This document shows, piece after piece, positions 19,168-28,918 of a stretch of 64,000 bases of DNA. Source of the DNA: Vicinamibacterales bacterium. Its GTDB lineage: Bacteria > Acidobacteriota > Vicinamibacteria > Vicinamibacterales > UBA8438. The stretch spans positions 3,870,151 to 3,934,150 of the forward strand of contig CBDCCY010000004.1 of NCBI GenBank assembly GCA_965215155.1, written 5' to 3'. The translations under genes were made by a program, and so were the position numbers. The notes beneath the pieces are model-generated. The model ran no database searches. It worked only from the letters and a program-made list of their open reading frames with translations, and was not told the origin of the DNA. Numbering within the stretch: the first letter of the stretch is position 1; each line of letters opens with the position of its first letter.

Positions 19168-20326
19168 TGTCCAACGCCTGAAGTTCTTGACCAGTAGAAT
19201 CGGCTCGTGGTACGGTCGGCCCGGAAGCGAGGAGGGCCGTGCCGAACCATTACACACGAGAGGTCCCGGAGGTCTCGGACGCACAGCGCGAGGAACTGGA
19301 GGGTTGGCTGCGCCGGCGCAATACCGCGCAGGCTCTGGCCCTGAGGGCACGCATCGTGCTGCAGAGCGCCGCGGGACGGAGCGACCAGGTCGTGGCGCAG
19401 GCTCTGGGCACGACGCGGGCCACGGTCGGCAAGTGGCGGCGGCGGTTCCTGCGCAACGGCTGCGACGGCTTGCTGGACGAACCACGGCCGGGCGCGCCGC
19501 GCCGGGTGTCGGACGAGGACGTCGAACGGGTCGTGGTCCGGACGCTGGAGACGACCCCACGGGGGGCGACGCATTGGAGCCGGGAGTCGATGGCCCGAGC
19601 CTGCGGGCTGAGCGCTTCGACCGTCGGCCGCGTGTGGCGCGCGTTCGCGCTCAAGCCCCATCGCAGCGAGACCTTCAAGCTGTCGCGAGACCCGTTGTTC
19701 ATCGAGAAAGTGCGCGATATCGTGGGGCTGTACCTGCATCCGCCGGAGCGAGCGGTGGTGCTGTGTGTGGATGAGAAGTCGCAGATCCAGGCGTTGAACC
19801 GTACCCAGCCGGTGTTGCCGATGCGTCCGGGAGCACCGGAGCAGCGGACACACGACTATCGACGGCACGGCACGACCTCGTTGTTCGCGGCCCTGAACAC
19901 CGCCACCGGCGAGGTGATCGGCAGGTGCTTTCGGAAGCACCGCTCGGTGGAGTTCAAGCGCTTCCTCGCCGTGATCGACAAGGCGGTGCCGCCCGACCTC
20001 GACATCCACCTGGTGCTGGACAACTACGGCACGCACAAGACGGCGATGATCCACGACTGGCTGGCACGGCGTCCTCGGTATCACCTGCACTTCACGCCCA
20101 CGAGCGCATCGTGGCTCAACCAGGTAGAGCGTTGGTTCGCCGAGATCACCCGGCAGCAGATCCGGCGTGGAACCCATCGCAGCACCCAAGCACTCGAGGC
20201 GGCGATCAAGGAGTACCTGGCGGTCTACAACGAAGACCCCAAGCCCTTCGTCTGGACGAAGACCGCCGAGCAGATCCTGGAATCCCTGAAGCGTTACTGC
20301 TCACGTATTTCTGACGGTGCACACTA
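19165..20326 (+). mobile_element. IS630-family insertion sequence flanked by a duplicated TA
   Basis: The terminal inverted repeats tagtgtccaacgcctgaagttc (19165-19186) and the reverse complement of 20305-20326 (tagtgtgcaccgtcagaaatac) match at 16 of 22 positions. TA lies at both ends. The element has a single DDE transposase ORF and G+C visibly lower than its flanks. Confidence 0.85.
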
Positions 20327-20327
20327 G
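19239..20327 (+). CDS. IS630-family DDE transposase
   Basis: N-terminal HTH ([29 protein letters not shown]) and catalytic residues in [22 protein letters not shown] and [10 protein letters not shown]. Confidence 0.9.
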   Translation: MPNHYTREVPEVSDAQREELEGWLRRRNTAQALALRARIVLQSAAGRSDQVVAQALGTTRATVGKWRRRFLRNGCDGLLDEPRPGAPRRVSDEDVERVVVRTLETTPRGATHWSRESMARACGLSASTVGRVWRAFALKPHRSETFKLSRDPLFIEKVRDIVGLYLHPPERAVVLCVDEKSQIQALNRTQPVLPMRPGAPEQRTHDYRRHGTTSLFAALNTATGEVIGRCFRKHRSVEFKRFLAVIDKAVPPDLDIHLVLDNYGTHKTAMIHDWLARRPRYHLHFTPTSASWLNQVERWFAEITRQQIRRGTHRSTQALEAAIKEYLAVYNEDPKPFVWTKTAEQILESLKRYCSRISDGAH

Positions 20328-20452
20328 GCCTCCCCTACGGCGCGTTGCACGTGGCGAGCGTCTTCGACGCGCCGTGACATGCCGGCGCCCGTCCGCGCCC
20401 CTCGCCCGCCCACGTGGAGCGCCCGGGCCGGCGCGCCGCTACCGGATCCGTG

Positions 20453-20863
20453 TCATCCGCCGATCACCGTCGCCGCGACGTCGACGACCCGGCGGGCGCC
20501 GGCCAGGGCACGCCGCGCGTCTTCTTCCGTGTAGTGCTCGGTCGGGATGAAGTCGATGTCGCCGTAGAACGACAGCTCGCGGTCCTTGCGGAGGGCGGCC
20601 GAGATGGCGGCCAGGCGATCGACCTCGGCGGCCGCCGGCTCCGGGAAGCGTCCGCTGTGCTCGCGCAGGATGCTGCCTACGTCGTGCCAGCGCGGCGGCT
20701 CGACCCCGACTTGGCGGAGCATGCCCTTGAGCGCGAGCTCGACGATCTCCTGCGCTTTCCGGACGACGTCCGAGTACGCCTCGTCGTAGAGGAGCAGCGG
20801 CAGGATCCTGAGGCGCTTCGTCGCCTTGAGCAGGTAGCTCTCGGCCAGCGTGCCGTTGGTCAT
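20453..20863 (-). CDS. HEPN domain protein (putative toxin partner of the adjacent nucleotidyltransferase)
   Basis: A 136-aa all-helical protein (AESYLLKATKRLRILPLLLYDEAYSDVVRKAQEIVELALKGMLRQ). Its ATG at 20863 overlaps the stop of the nucleotidyltransferase gene as ATGA. Confidence 0.7.
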   Translation of the reverse strand: MTNGTLAESYLLKATKRLRILPLLLYDEAYSDVVRKAQEIVELALKGMLRQVGVEPPRWHDVGSILREHSGRFPEPAAAEVDRLAAISAALRKDRELSFYGDIDFIPTEHYTEEDARRALAGARRVVDVAATVIGG

Positions 20864-21384
20864 GAGCCGGGACCGGGCGTCGGCGCTCGGCGTTGGAACA
20901 GCTCGATCACGTCGCCCCAGCGGTAGTCGGGCTTGAGGTCCCAGTACCAGGCGTCGCCCCGCCAGACGCGCTGGGATCCGAGATCCCGGAGCCGGCGCCG
21001 GCGGCCGTCGAGCACGCAGGCCAGGCATCCGTCCGGGTCGTAGAGAATGCGGGCGTCCTCCGTCATGTCGAGCAGCAGCGGCGTGCCGCGGGCCAGTTCC
21101 GCGGGGGTCTTGAACACCGGAGACAGTTCCGGGTGGAGGCCGGCCGCACGCGCCGCCTCCAGGCGCGGGCCGAGCGCCTCCTCGACGGCGCCGAAGTCCG
21201 ACACGCGGGCGAAGCGCCCCGCCGGCAATCCCTCCGCCACGATCAGGAGATCGATGTCGGAGTCGAAGCGCGGCGTGCCGCGGCCGACCGACCCGTAGAC
21301 GGCGACCGCGGCCAGACGGTCCCCGTAGTGGCGCCGGCACGCACCGGCGAGACCCGCCAGGATCGCGCCGTAGGCGGCATGCAT
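20860..21384 (-). CDS. Minimal nucleotidyltransferase (MNT-like)
   Basis: AVYGSVGRGTPRFDSDIDLLIV is the GS...DxD pol-beta nucleotidyltransferase motif. Confidence 0.8.
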   Translation of the reverse strand: MHAAYGAILAGLAGACRRHYGDRLAAVAVYGSVGRGTPRFDSDIDLLIVAEGLPAGRFARVSDFGAVEEALGPRLEAARAAGLHPELSPVFKTPAELARGTPLLLDMTEDARILYDPDGCLACVLDGRRRRLRDLGSQRVWRGDAWYWDLKPDYRWGDVIELFQRRAPTPGPGS

Positions 21385-21586
21385 GCAGCCACTATAGCGC
21401 CGCGCTCCGCCCGTCGGTGGCCGTTCCCGGCTCGGCGCGGCGAGACGGCGCGCCGAGCCGGTGGCGCGCGTTGTATTCCCGGCCGAAACCCACTACCGTG
21501 GAGATCGTGCCGGATGGCGGTGCGCCAGGGTCGTGACCGGCGCGTTCCGCCCGGCCGCCGGCCGTGCCGGCAGAAGGAGCAATCGC

Positions 21587-22606
21587 ATGGAAGACATCCC
21601 GATCGTCGACTTCAAGCGCGTCAACGTGCCTCGCGTCCCGCGCGGCGTGGCGACGCTCGCCGTCGCCGGACTCGTCGCCCTCCTCGTGGGCTTCAACTCG
21701 CTCTACCAGATTCAGCCGGAAGAGGTGGGCGTCGTGCTCCGCTTCGGCCGCTACGTGCGGACGACCGAGCCGGGCCTGCGGGCCAAGTTCCCGTTCGCCG
21801 AGGAAGTGCTGAAGGTCCCGGTGCAGCGGCAGCTCAAGCAGGAGTTCGGTTTCCGCACCATCGATGCCGGCATCCGGACGCAGTACGCGTCGGAGCGGCT
21901 CTTCGCCGACGAGGCGGTGATGCTGACCGGCGACCTGAACGTCGCCGTCGTCGAGTGGATCGTGCAGTACCGCGTGGCGGACCCCTACCTGTTCCTCTTC
22001 AAGGTCCGCAACCTGCCGGACACGTTCCGCGCGATGAACGAAGCCGTGATGCGGGAGGTGGTGGGCGACCGGACGGTCACCGAGGTGCTGACCGTCGGGC
22101 GGCAGGAGATCGAGTCCCGCGTCGGGGAGCGGCTCCAGAGCCTCGCCAACCAGTACGAGATGGGGATCACGATCGACCAGGTGGTGCTGCAGGACGTCAA
22201 CCCGCCCGATCCCGTCAAGCCGTCGTGGGACGAGGTGAACCAGGCGCAACAGCAGCGCGACCGGATGATCAACGAGGCCCGCGCCGAGTACAACCGCGTC
22301 ATCCCGCGGGCCCGCGGCGAGGCGGAGCAGACCGTGCTGCAGGCCGAGGGCTACGCGCTCGACCGGGTGAACCGCTCGGAGGGTGACGCGGTCCGCTTCA
22401 CCGCCATCCACGACGAGTACCGGCGCGCCCCGGAGGTGACCCGCCGCCGGCTCTACCTCGAGACGATGCAGCGCATCCTGCCGCAGGTCGGCCGGAAGCT
22501 GTACGTCGACCAGGATACGACCGGCGTTCTCCCGCTGCTCTCGCTCGACGGCATGCCGACGCGCTCCGTGCCCAATACGACCCCTGTCGCCGGAGGTGGC
22601 CAGTGA
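21587..22606 (+). CDS. hflK: FtsH protease modulator HflK
   Basis: A transmembrane helix, then the SPFH domain YQIQPEEVGVVLRFGRYVRTTEPGLRAKFPF...VVEWIVQYRVADPYLFLF. An aggag RBS precedes the ATG at 21587. Confidence 0.9.
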   Translation: MEDIPIVDFKRVNVPRVPRGVATLAVAGLVALLVGFNSLYQIQPEEVGVVLRFGRYVRTTEPGLRAKFPFAEEVLKVPVQRQLKQEFGFRTIDAGIRTQYASERLFADEAVMLTGDLNVAVVEWIVQYRVADPYLFLFKVRNLPDTFRAMNEAVMREVVGDRTVTEVLTVGRQEIESRVGERLQSLANQYEMGITIDQVVLQDVNPPDPVKPSWDEVNQAQQQRDRMINEARAEYNRVIPRARGEAEQTVLQAEGYALDRVNRSEGDAVRFTAIHDEYRRAPEVTRRRLYLETMQRILPQVGRKLYVDQDTTGVLPLLSLDGMPTRSVPNTTPVAGGGQ

Positions 22607-23535
22607 AGCGCTCCACTACGACCCAGATCGTCGTCGGCCTCGCCGTGCTCGTCCTCGTCGCGCAGTCCCTCTACACGGTCAGCGAGACCGAGCAGGTCAT
22701 CCTGACCCAGTTCGGCGAGCCGGTCGGCGATCCGGTGATCACGCCGGGCCTGCACTTCAAGCTGCCGTTCATCCAGCGGCCCAACTTCTTCGAGAAGCGC
22801 TTCCTGGAGTGGGACGGGAGCCCCAACCAGGTGCCGACGCGCGACAAGCGCTTCATCTGGGTCGACACCTACGCGCGCTGGCGCATTACCGACCCGCTGC
22901 TCTTCTTCCAGCGGCTGCGGGACGAGCGCGGCGCGCAGTCGCGGCTCGACGACATCCTCGACGGCGAGACGCGGAACGCCGTCGCCCGCCACGACCTGAT
23001 CGAGCTCGTCCGGAGCAGCAACCGCGACCCGGACGAGGTGCCGATCGAGTCCGAGGAGGAGGCCGTCATCCTGGAGGCGATCGAGCGCGGCCGGCAGGAG
23101 ATCACGCGCGACATCCTGGCCACCGCGGCGGAGCGGACCTCCGACCTCGGCATCGAGCTGCTCGACCTGCGGCTGAAGCGGATCAACTACGTCGAGGAGG
23201 TCCAGAAGGACGTCTTCGCCCGCATGATCGCCGAGCGGCAGCGCATCGCCGAGCAGTTCCGCTCCGAGGGCCAGGGCGAGTCGGCGCGCATCCACGGCGA
23301 GCGCGAGCGCGAGCTGGCGCAGATCCAGTCCGAGGCCTATCGGCGGGCCGAGGAGCTGCGCGGCGAGGCGGACGCGCAGGCGACCCGCATCTACGCCGAG
23401 GCGTACAACCGGGACGCCGACTTCTACGCGTTCATGAAGTCGCTCGAGACCTACGAGCAGACGATGGACCCGGAAACCTTCTTCATCCTCGGGACCGACA
23501 GCGAGCTGCTGCGTTACCTCGAACGGACCCGGTGA
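22603..23535 (+). CDS. hflC: FtsH protease modulator HflC
   Basis: SLYTVSETEQVILTQFGEPVGDPVITPGLHFKLPFIQ and the SPFH core. The GTG at 22603 overlaps the hflK stop as GTGA. Confidence 0.9.
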   Translation: MKRSTTTQIVVGLAVLVLVAQSLYTVSETEQVILTQFGEPVGDPVITPGLHFKLPFIQRPNFFEKRFLEWDGSPNQVPTRDKRFIWVDTYARWRITDPLLFFQRLRDERGAQSRLDDILDGETRNAVARHDLIELVRSSNRDPDEVPIESEEEAVILEAIERGRQEITRDILATAAERTSDLGIELLDLRLKRINYVEEVQKDVFARMIAERQRIAEQFRSEGQGESARIHGERERELAQIQSEAYRRAEELRGEADAQATRIYAEAYNRDADFYAFMKSLETYEQTMDPETFFILGTDSELLRYLERTR

Positions 23536-23548
23536 TCGGGCCGCATCG

Positions 23549-24361
23549 TTGACGCGATACCGGGCGCCCGGCGGCTCGCCGCCGGCGCCCGGCCGGGCCG
23601 TCCGATGCGAAGGGCCCGCGTCGGCCGTGACCGTATCGATCATCATTCCGGCCTTGAACGAGGAGGCCTACCTGCCGGCCACGCTGGGTTCGGTCCGCGC
23701 CGGCCTGGAACATCTGCGCGCGTGCTGCGCACCGGACGAGGTCGTCATCGACATGATCGTCGTCGACAACGACAGCACCGACGGGACCGCCGCCGTCGCC
23801 CGAAACGAGGGTTCGAGGGTGGTTCACGAGCCGGTGAGGGGCATCGCCCGCGCCCGCAACACCGGGGCCCGCCATGCCGCCGGAGACGTCCTCGTCTTCA
23901 TCGATGCGGACGTGGCCGTACCCCCCACGCTGTTCCCCACGATCCACGAGACGATGTGCGAACCATCGTGCATCGGCGGCGGCGTGGACGTCGACCAACG
24001 GCCGCGGCAACTCGCCGTCCGGCTCTACCTGCGCGCCTGGCGGATCCTCGGCCGCCTCACCGGAATGGTCCAGGGCGCGACGCAGTTCTGCCGCAGGCGC
24101 GTGTTCGAGCAGGTCGGAGGCTACGACGAGAATGTCTGGATCGGCGAGGACGTCGACTTCTACTGGAACCTCCGGCGGCTGGCACGCGAGGAGCAACGCA
24201 CGGTCCGGTTCATACGGGAGCCGCGCGTGCGACCCTCCTGCCGGCGCTTCGACGAATGGCCCTTGTGGCGTGTGCTGATCTGGACCAACCCGCTCTTCAT
24301 ACTGATGTTCCGACGCTGGAGAGCGGTCTGGGGCGGCTGGTACTCGCATCCGGTGCGGTAG
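23549..24361 (+). CDS. Family 2 glycosyltransferase
   Basis: VSIIIPALNEEAYLPATL...VVDNDSTDGTAAVA...ARNTGARHAAGDVLVFIDADV. The start is either TTG at 23549 or GTG at 23627. Confidence 0.8.
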   Translation: MTRYRAPGGSPPAPGRAVRCEGPASAVTVSIIIPALNEEAYLPATLGSVRAGLEHLRACCAPDEVVIDMIVVDNDSTDGTAAVARNEGSRVVHEPVRGIARARNTGARHAAGDVLVFIDADVAVPPTLFPTIHETMCEPSCIGGGVDVDQRPRQLAVRLYLRAWRILGRLTGMVQGATQFCRRRVFEQVGGYDENVWIGEDVDFYWNLRRLAREEQRTVRFIREPRVRPSCRRFDEWPLWRVLIWTNPLFILMFRRWRAVWGGWYSHPVR

Positions 24362-24425
24362 GCTCGCGGCACGTCGTCCTCGCCGCTCGTCGCGGTGGTT
24401 CGGCGTGGTCCGAGCCGACCACCAT

Positions 24426-26207
24426 CTACTCGGGCAGGGAGAAGACGAACAGGTTGTTCCCGGCGCTCGGGCGAAGCTCCGGCGTGAGGCGCCCATGCGC
24501 CGTCGTCGTGCCGGCGGTGCCGGTGCTGACGGCGACGTACTGCCGCCCGTCGACGGCGTAGGTGACGGGGAAGCCGGTTACGGCCGACCCGAGGTTGATC
24601 TCCCAGAGCGTCTCCCCGGTCTCCTGGTCGAGGGCGCGGAAGCGTCCGTTGCCGTCGCCGCCGAAGACGAGCCCGCCGCCGGTCGTGACCAGCGAGGTGG
24701 TGGCGGCGCGTTGCTCGTGTACCCAGGCGATGGCGCCGGTCTCGGCCGAGATCGCCTGCACCGTCCCCACCTGGTCCGTGCCCGGTGCGATCTCGTGGCG
24801 GACGGCCAGCGCGTAGAGCGACGAACCGGCCTCGTCACCGGGTTCGGTCGCCATCATGCGCGCACAGACGTTGCGCAGCGGCATGTACATCATGTTGGTC
24901 AGGGGGCTGTAGGCGCCCGCCTCCCAGTCCTTCCCGCCGAACCACGTCGGGCAGGCCAGCACCTGCTGCCCGGTACCGGTAAAGGTGACCTCGGCGTTCT
25001 CCGACACCTCGCCCGTTGCGCCGTCGATGCTGCTGACGACGTTCTGGGTGATGGTCGGAGTTGCCCACAGGAACTCCCCCGTCTCGCGGTCGAGCGTGTA
25101 GACGATGCCCGTCTTGCCCGGGATGCCGGTGAGCACCCTGCGCAACTCTCCCCGACGGATCCGCGGATTGACCCAGGCCACGGACGGGTCGGGCGCGACG
25201 GCGGTGTTGACCAGCAGCCGCTCGAAGGGGTGGTCGAGATCCCAGTGATCGTTGAGGTGCTGGTAGTACCAGCGGATGCTGCCCGTGTCGCCGTCGAGGG
25301 CGAGCGTGGAGTTGTGGTAGAGGTGCTTGTTGGCGATGCCGCCGAGCATGAACTTGGGCGCCGGGGAGGTTACCGACGTCCCGATGTAGACCAGGTCGAG
25401 GTCGGGATCGTAGCTCGGCACCATCCAGGTCCCGACGTGCCGCCGTTCCTCGAACGGGACGCCGCCCCAGGTCTCGTCTCCCGGCTCGCCGGGGGCCGGG
25501 ATCGTCCGTCGCCGCCACAGCTCCTCCCCCGTCACCGCGTCGTGGGCGGTGATGACGCACGCGTCCGGTCCGCCGGCCGGCAGACAGCCGCGGCCCGAGA
25601 AGATCTTCCCGTTCGCCACGATCGGTCCCGACGTCTGGTGGGCGGGGTGGACCCGGTAGTCGAGGATCTCGGTCTCCCAGGCGAGCCGGCCGGTGGCCGC
25701 ATCGAGGGCGAAGACGTAGTCGTCCGAGCTGGTGTCGATGATCGTGGTCCCGTAGATGGCCAGGTTGCGGTTGTGATCGCCCAGGCCGGGCAGCAGGTAC
25801 TCCTCGAGGTCGTCGGGCCGTTCGCGGCGGTACTCCCAGAGCAGGTCGCCCGTGACCGCGTCGAGCGCCTGGACTACGTCCCGCGGGTTCGGCATGTAGA
25901 GGACGCCGCCGTAGGCGAGCGGCGTGCCCTGCTGCGTGCCGGCGGAGAGCCCGCGGGTCCACACCATGCGGAGGTCCGCCACGTTGTTCCGGTCGATCTG
26001 GTCGAGGGGGCTGTAACCCCAGCCGTCGAGCGTCCGGCGCCACATCAGCCAGTCCCCGGGCGCCGGGATCTGGAGCATGGCATCGGTAACCGGAACGAAG
26101 CCGGCTGCGCCCTCCTGCGCGGCCGACACGGCCGGCGCCGTGGTCAGGAGCGCGAGGGCGAGGCCGGGCGTGAGCGCGGCGAAGGGCGTGCGGTCTCGGC
26201 GGTGCAT
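24426..26207 (-). CDS. PQQ-dependent dehydrogenase (quinoprotein alcohol/sugar dehydrogenase, 8-bladed propeller)
   Basis: A signal peptide, then DWLMWRRTLDGWGYSPLDQI...VWTRGL...TPLAYGGVLYM...ALDAVTGDLLWEY and repeated W-motif blades. Confidence 0.85.
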   Translation of the reverse strand: MHRRDRTPFAALTPGLALALLTTAPAVSAAQEGAAGFVPVTDAMLQIPAPGDWLMWRRTLDGWGYSPLDQIDRNNVADLRMVWTRGLSAGTQQGTPLAYGGVLYMPNPRDVVQALDAVTGDLLWEYRRERPDDLEEYLLPGLGDHNRNLAIYGTTIIDTSSDDYVFALDAATGRLAWETEILDYRVHPAHQTSGPIVANGKIFSGRGCLPAGGPDACVITAHDAVTGEELWRRRTIPAPGEPGDETWGGVPFEERRHVGTWMVPSYDPDLDLVYIGTSVTSPAPKFMLGGIANKHLYHNSTLALDGDTGSIRWYYQHLNDHWDLDHPFERLLVNTAVAPDPSVAWVNPRIRRGELRRVLTGIPGKTGIVYTLDRETGEFLWATPTITQNVVSSIDGATGEVSENAEVTFTGTGQQVLACPTWFGGKDWEAGAYSPLTNMMYMPLRNVCARMMATEPGDEAGSSLYALAVRHEIAPGTDQVGTVQAISAETGAIAWVHEQRAATTSLVTTGGGLVFGGDGNGRFRALDQETGETLWEINLGSAVTGFPVTYAVDGRQYVAVSTGTAGTTTAHGRLTPELRPSAGNNLFVFSLPE

Positions 26208-26347
26208 GTCGAGGACCTCCTCCGTGCGAGGGCGGCGCGATCCGCGGTGCGCCCGCCCATCATACGGAAACCAGGTGGCGCCGGACTGCTAATGCTAATG
26301 GGGCCCGCGGCCAACGAAGCCGGCTGCGCTGGCGCGCCCTCACCGGC

Positions 26348-26408
26348 GCGTTGGGAGTCTGCGCGGGCACGAACCGCTCCAGGGCACGCTCCTGCGGCGC
26401 AGACTCCC
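26348..26408. repeat. REP-like palindromic element, full copy
   Basis: The 17-mer gcgttgggagtctgcgc (26348-26364) is identical to 39160-39176. The inverse arm gcgcagactccc lies at 26397-26408. The element is intergenic between the Gfo/Idh/MocA stop and the PQQ-dehydrogenase start. Confidence 0.75.
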
Positions 26409-26478
26409 GGCGACGTTCCACCGGGCTCGTCGCGGGACCGCTCGCGCCGTCGAGGGTCAGCCGGCTCGGAGGACGCCC

Positions 26479-27657
26479 TCACGCCCGGGGGACGCGGGTC
26501 CACTTGTCCCGCCCGCCGGCGTTCGTCACCACGGCCTCGATGAACGACATGCCGCGCAGCCCGTCGTCGGCGGTCGGGAAGTCGAGGGCCAGCGGATCGG
26601 GCGGCGTGCCGAGCCGCCGGGCGCGCATGGTGTCGCAGACGTTCCGGTAGACGTTGGCGAACGCCTCGAGGAACGCCTCCGGGTGCCCGGGCGGCAGCCG
26701 CGTCGCGCGGGCCGCGGCCGGGCTCGCGGCGGCCACCCGGGCCTGGCCGCGGCTCCAGATCTCGGCCGGCCCCTCGAGGGAGGTCACTCGCAGCGTGTTC
26801 GGCTCCTCCTGTCGCCACGTCACTCCGCCTCGCTCGCCGTATACGGCGAGCGTCAGGCCGTTTTCCTCGCCGACGGCGACCTGCGATGCCAGCACCACCC
26901 CCCGCGCCCCCCCGTCGAAGCGGACGAGGACGCTGCCGTCGTCGTCCAGGCGCCGCCGCGGCACGAAGGTCGCCAGGTCGGCCGAGACCCGGGCGATCCG
27001 CTGTCCCGTCACGTACTCGGCCAGGTGCGCCGCGTGCGTGCCGATGTCCCCCACGCAGCCGGCGGCACCGCTGCGGCGCGGGTCGGTACGCCACCGCGCC
27101 TGCTTGCTGCCAGTGCGCTCGACCGGCGTCGCCAGCCAGCCTTGCCGGTACTCGGCCACTACCTTCCGCACCCGGCCCAGCTCGCCCGCCGCCACGAGAT
27201 CGCGGGCGAGCTTCACCATGGGGTAGCCGCTGTAGTTGTGGGTCAGGGCGAAGATGCACCCGGACCGGGCCGCGCCCCGCTTCAGTGCGCGCGCCTCGGC
27301 GACGTCGAGCGTCATCGGCTTGTCGCAGACCACGTTCACGCCTGCGGCCAGGAAGGCCGTCGCTATCGGCGCGTGCGTGTCGTTCGGAGTGACGATCGAC
27401 ACGAAGTCGATGCGTTCGCCGGGAGGGCGCCCCATCTCGCCGTCAAGCATCGCCACGTAGGAACCGTAGACGCGGGCCGGGTCGAGGCGCAGCTCGCGGC
27501 CCCTCCGCCGCGACCGGGCCGCGGTCGACGCGAACGCGCCCGCCACCAGCTCCACGTCGCCGTCGAGGCAGGCCGCCCGGCGATGGACCTCCCCGATGAA
27601 GGCGCCCGGACCGCCTCCGACCATGCCCATCCTCAGCGTGCGATCGAGCTGCTCCAT
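26479..27657 (-). CDS. Gfo/Idh/MocA-family NAD(P)-dependent oxidoreductase
   Basis: LRMGMVGGGPGAFIGEVHR (Rossmann fold), IVTPNDTHAP and CDKPM are motifs typical of the family. Confidence 0.85.
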   Translation of the reverse strand: MEQLDRTLRMGMVGGGPGAFIGEVHRRAACLDGDVELVAGAFASTAARSRRRGRELRLDPARVYGSYVAMLDGEMGRPPGERIDFVSIVTPNDTHAPIATAFLAAGVNVVCDKPMTLDVAEARALKRGAARSGCIFALTHNYSGYPMVKLARDLVAAGELGRVRKVVAEYRQGWLATPVERTGSKQARWRTDPRRSGAAGCVGDIGTHAAHLAEYVTGQRIARVSADLATFVPRRRLDDDGSVLVRFDGGARGVVLASQVAVGEENGLTLAVYGERGGVTWRQEEPNTLRVTSLEGPAEIWSRGQARVAAASPAAARATRLPPGHPEAFLEAFANVYRNVCDTMRARRLGTPPDPLALDFPTADDGLRGMSFIEAVVTNAGGRDKWTRVPRA

Positions 27658-27815
27658 CCCGTAGCAGGCCTTCCGACTCGTCCGCTATCGACGGCCGCCG
27701 AAGGTCGTGCGCGGCGCGGCCTCCCCGTAGTGCTGCCCTGCATCACCGCTGCGTCGGCGATCGACGGCCGCCGAGGGTTGCGGGCGGCGCCGCCCCGCGG
27801 TCGCGCTGCTCCGCG

Positions 27816-28805
27816 TCACCGCTCGAACGCCGCGTCGAACGCCACGTCGGACGGGGCGAAATCCAGGCGTCGGACGTATGCGCACGACTCCCGGGCACCG
27901 TGCGCGCGGTCCATGCCGGAGTCCTCCCACTCCACCGACAGCGGACCGGCGTAGCCGATCCGGTTGAGGCCGCGCACGATCGCCTCGAAGTCGACGTCCC
28001 CGCGGCCGACCGAGCGGAAGTCCCAGCCCCGCCCCGCCGCGCCGAACCCCAGGTGCGAGGAGAGGATGCCGCTCCGGCCGTCGAGCGTGACGGCCACGTC
28101 CTTCATGTGCACGTGGTAGATGCGATCCGGAAACTCGTCGAGGAAGCGGACCGGATCCATCCCCTGCCACTTGAGGTGGCTCGGGTCGAAGTTGAAGCCG
28201 AAGACCTCGCGGCGGCCGATCGCGTCGAGCGCGCGCTGCGCCGTCACGATGTCGAAGGCGATCTCGGTCGGGTGTACCTCGAGGGCAAAGCGCACGCCCT
28301 GCTCCTCGAAGACGTCCAGGATCGGGTGCCAAAGCTCGGCGAAGCGCCGGTAGCCCGCCTCGACCGTGGCCGGATCGACCGGCGGGAAGCCGTAGAGCAG
28401 GTGCCAGATCGGCGACCCGGTGAAGCCGCAGACGACCGGCACTCCGAGGTTGCGGGCGGCGCGCGCGGCGTCCTGCATCGCCGCGACGCCCCACCGACGC
28501 TTGGCCTCCGGGTCCCCCGCCAGATCCGGGGGCGCGAAGGCATCGGAGCGCGCGTCGTTCGGATCGCAGACGAGCTGACCGGCCAGGTGGTGCGAGATGG
28601 CCCAGCACCCCAGGCCGTGGGCGGCCAGAACCTCGCGCTGCGCGCGGCAGTAGCCGGCGTCACCCGCGGCCCGCGCAACGTCCAGATGGTCCCCCCAGCA
28701 GGCCAGCTCCAGACCGTCGTAGCCGAACTCCCGCGCCCGCGGAGCCAGATCGGCCAGCGGCAGATCGGCCCACTGCCCCGTGAACAGGGTCACTCGTCGC
28801 GCCAT
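27816..28805 (-). CDS. Sugar phosphate isomerase/epimerase (xylose-isomerase-like TIM barrel)
   Basis: [13 protein letters not shown]...[14 protein letters not shown]...HVHMKD...[12 protein letters not shown] is typical of the AP_endonuc_2 fold. The ATG at 28805 was verified; an alternative lies at 28832. Confidence 0.8.
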   Translation of the reverse strand: MARRVTLFTGQWADLPLADLAPRAREFGYDGLELACWGDHLDVARAAGDAGYCRAQREVLAAHGLGCWAISHHLAGQLVCDPNDARSDAFAPPDLAGDPEAKRRWGVAAMQDAARAARNLGVPVVCGFTGSPIWHLLYGFPPVDPATVEAGYRRFAELWHPILDVFEEQGVRFALEVHPTEIAFDIVTAQRALDAIGRREVFGFNFDPSHLKWQGMDPVRFLDEFPDRIYHVHMKDVAVTLDGRSGILSSHLGFGAAGRGWDFRSVGRGDVDFEAIVRGLNRIGYAGPLSVEWEDSGMDRAHGARESCAYVRRLDFAPSDVAFDAAFER

Positions 28806-28918
28806 CGGTCTCCCCCGGCCCGGATCGTCCATGACCCGCGCCGCTTCGTCGCTCCCGTCAGGAGCATTATCGGTCCACCGCGCGCTATAGTTCCGCGACC
28901 TCGGAAGGACGGAGAACG

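Noticed and set aside
26299-26310. A tandem ctaatg ctaatg repeat and other short direct repeats, considered as possible CRISPR or microsatellite features.
   Set aside because: There are only two units of 6 bp, with no spacer-repeat periodicity. I saw nothing resembling a CRISPR array anywhere in the window.
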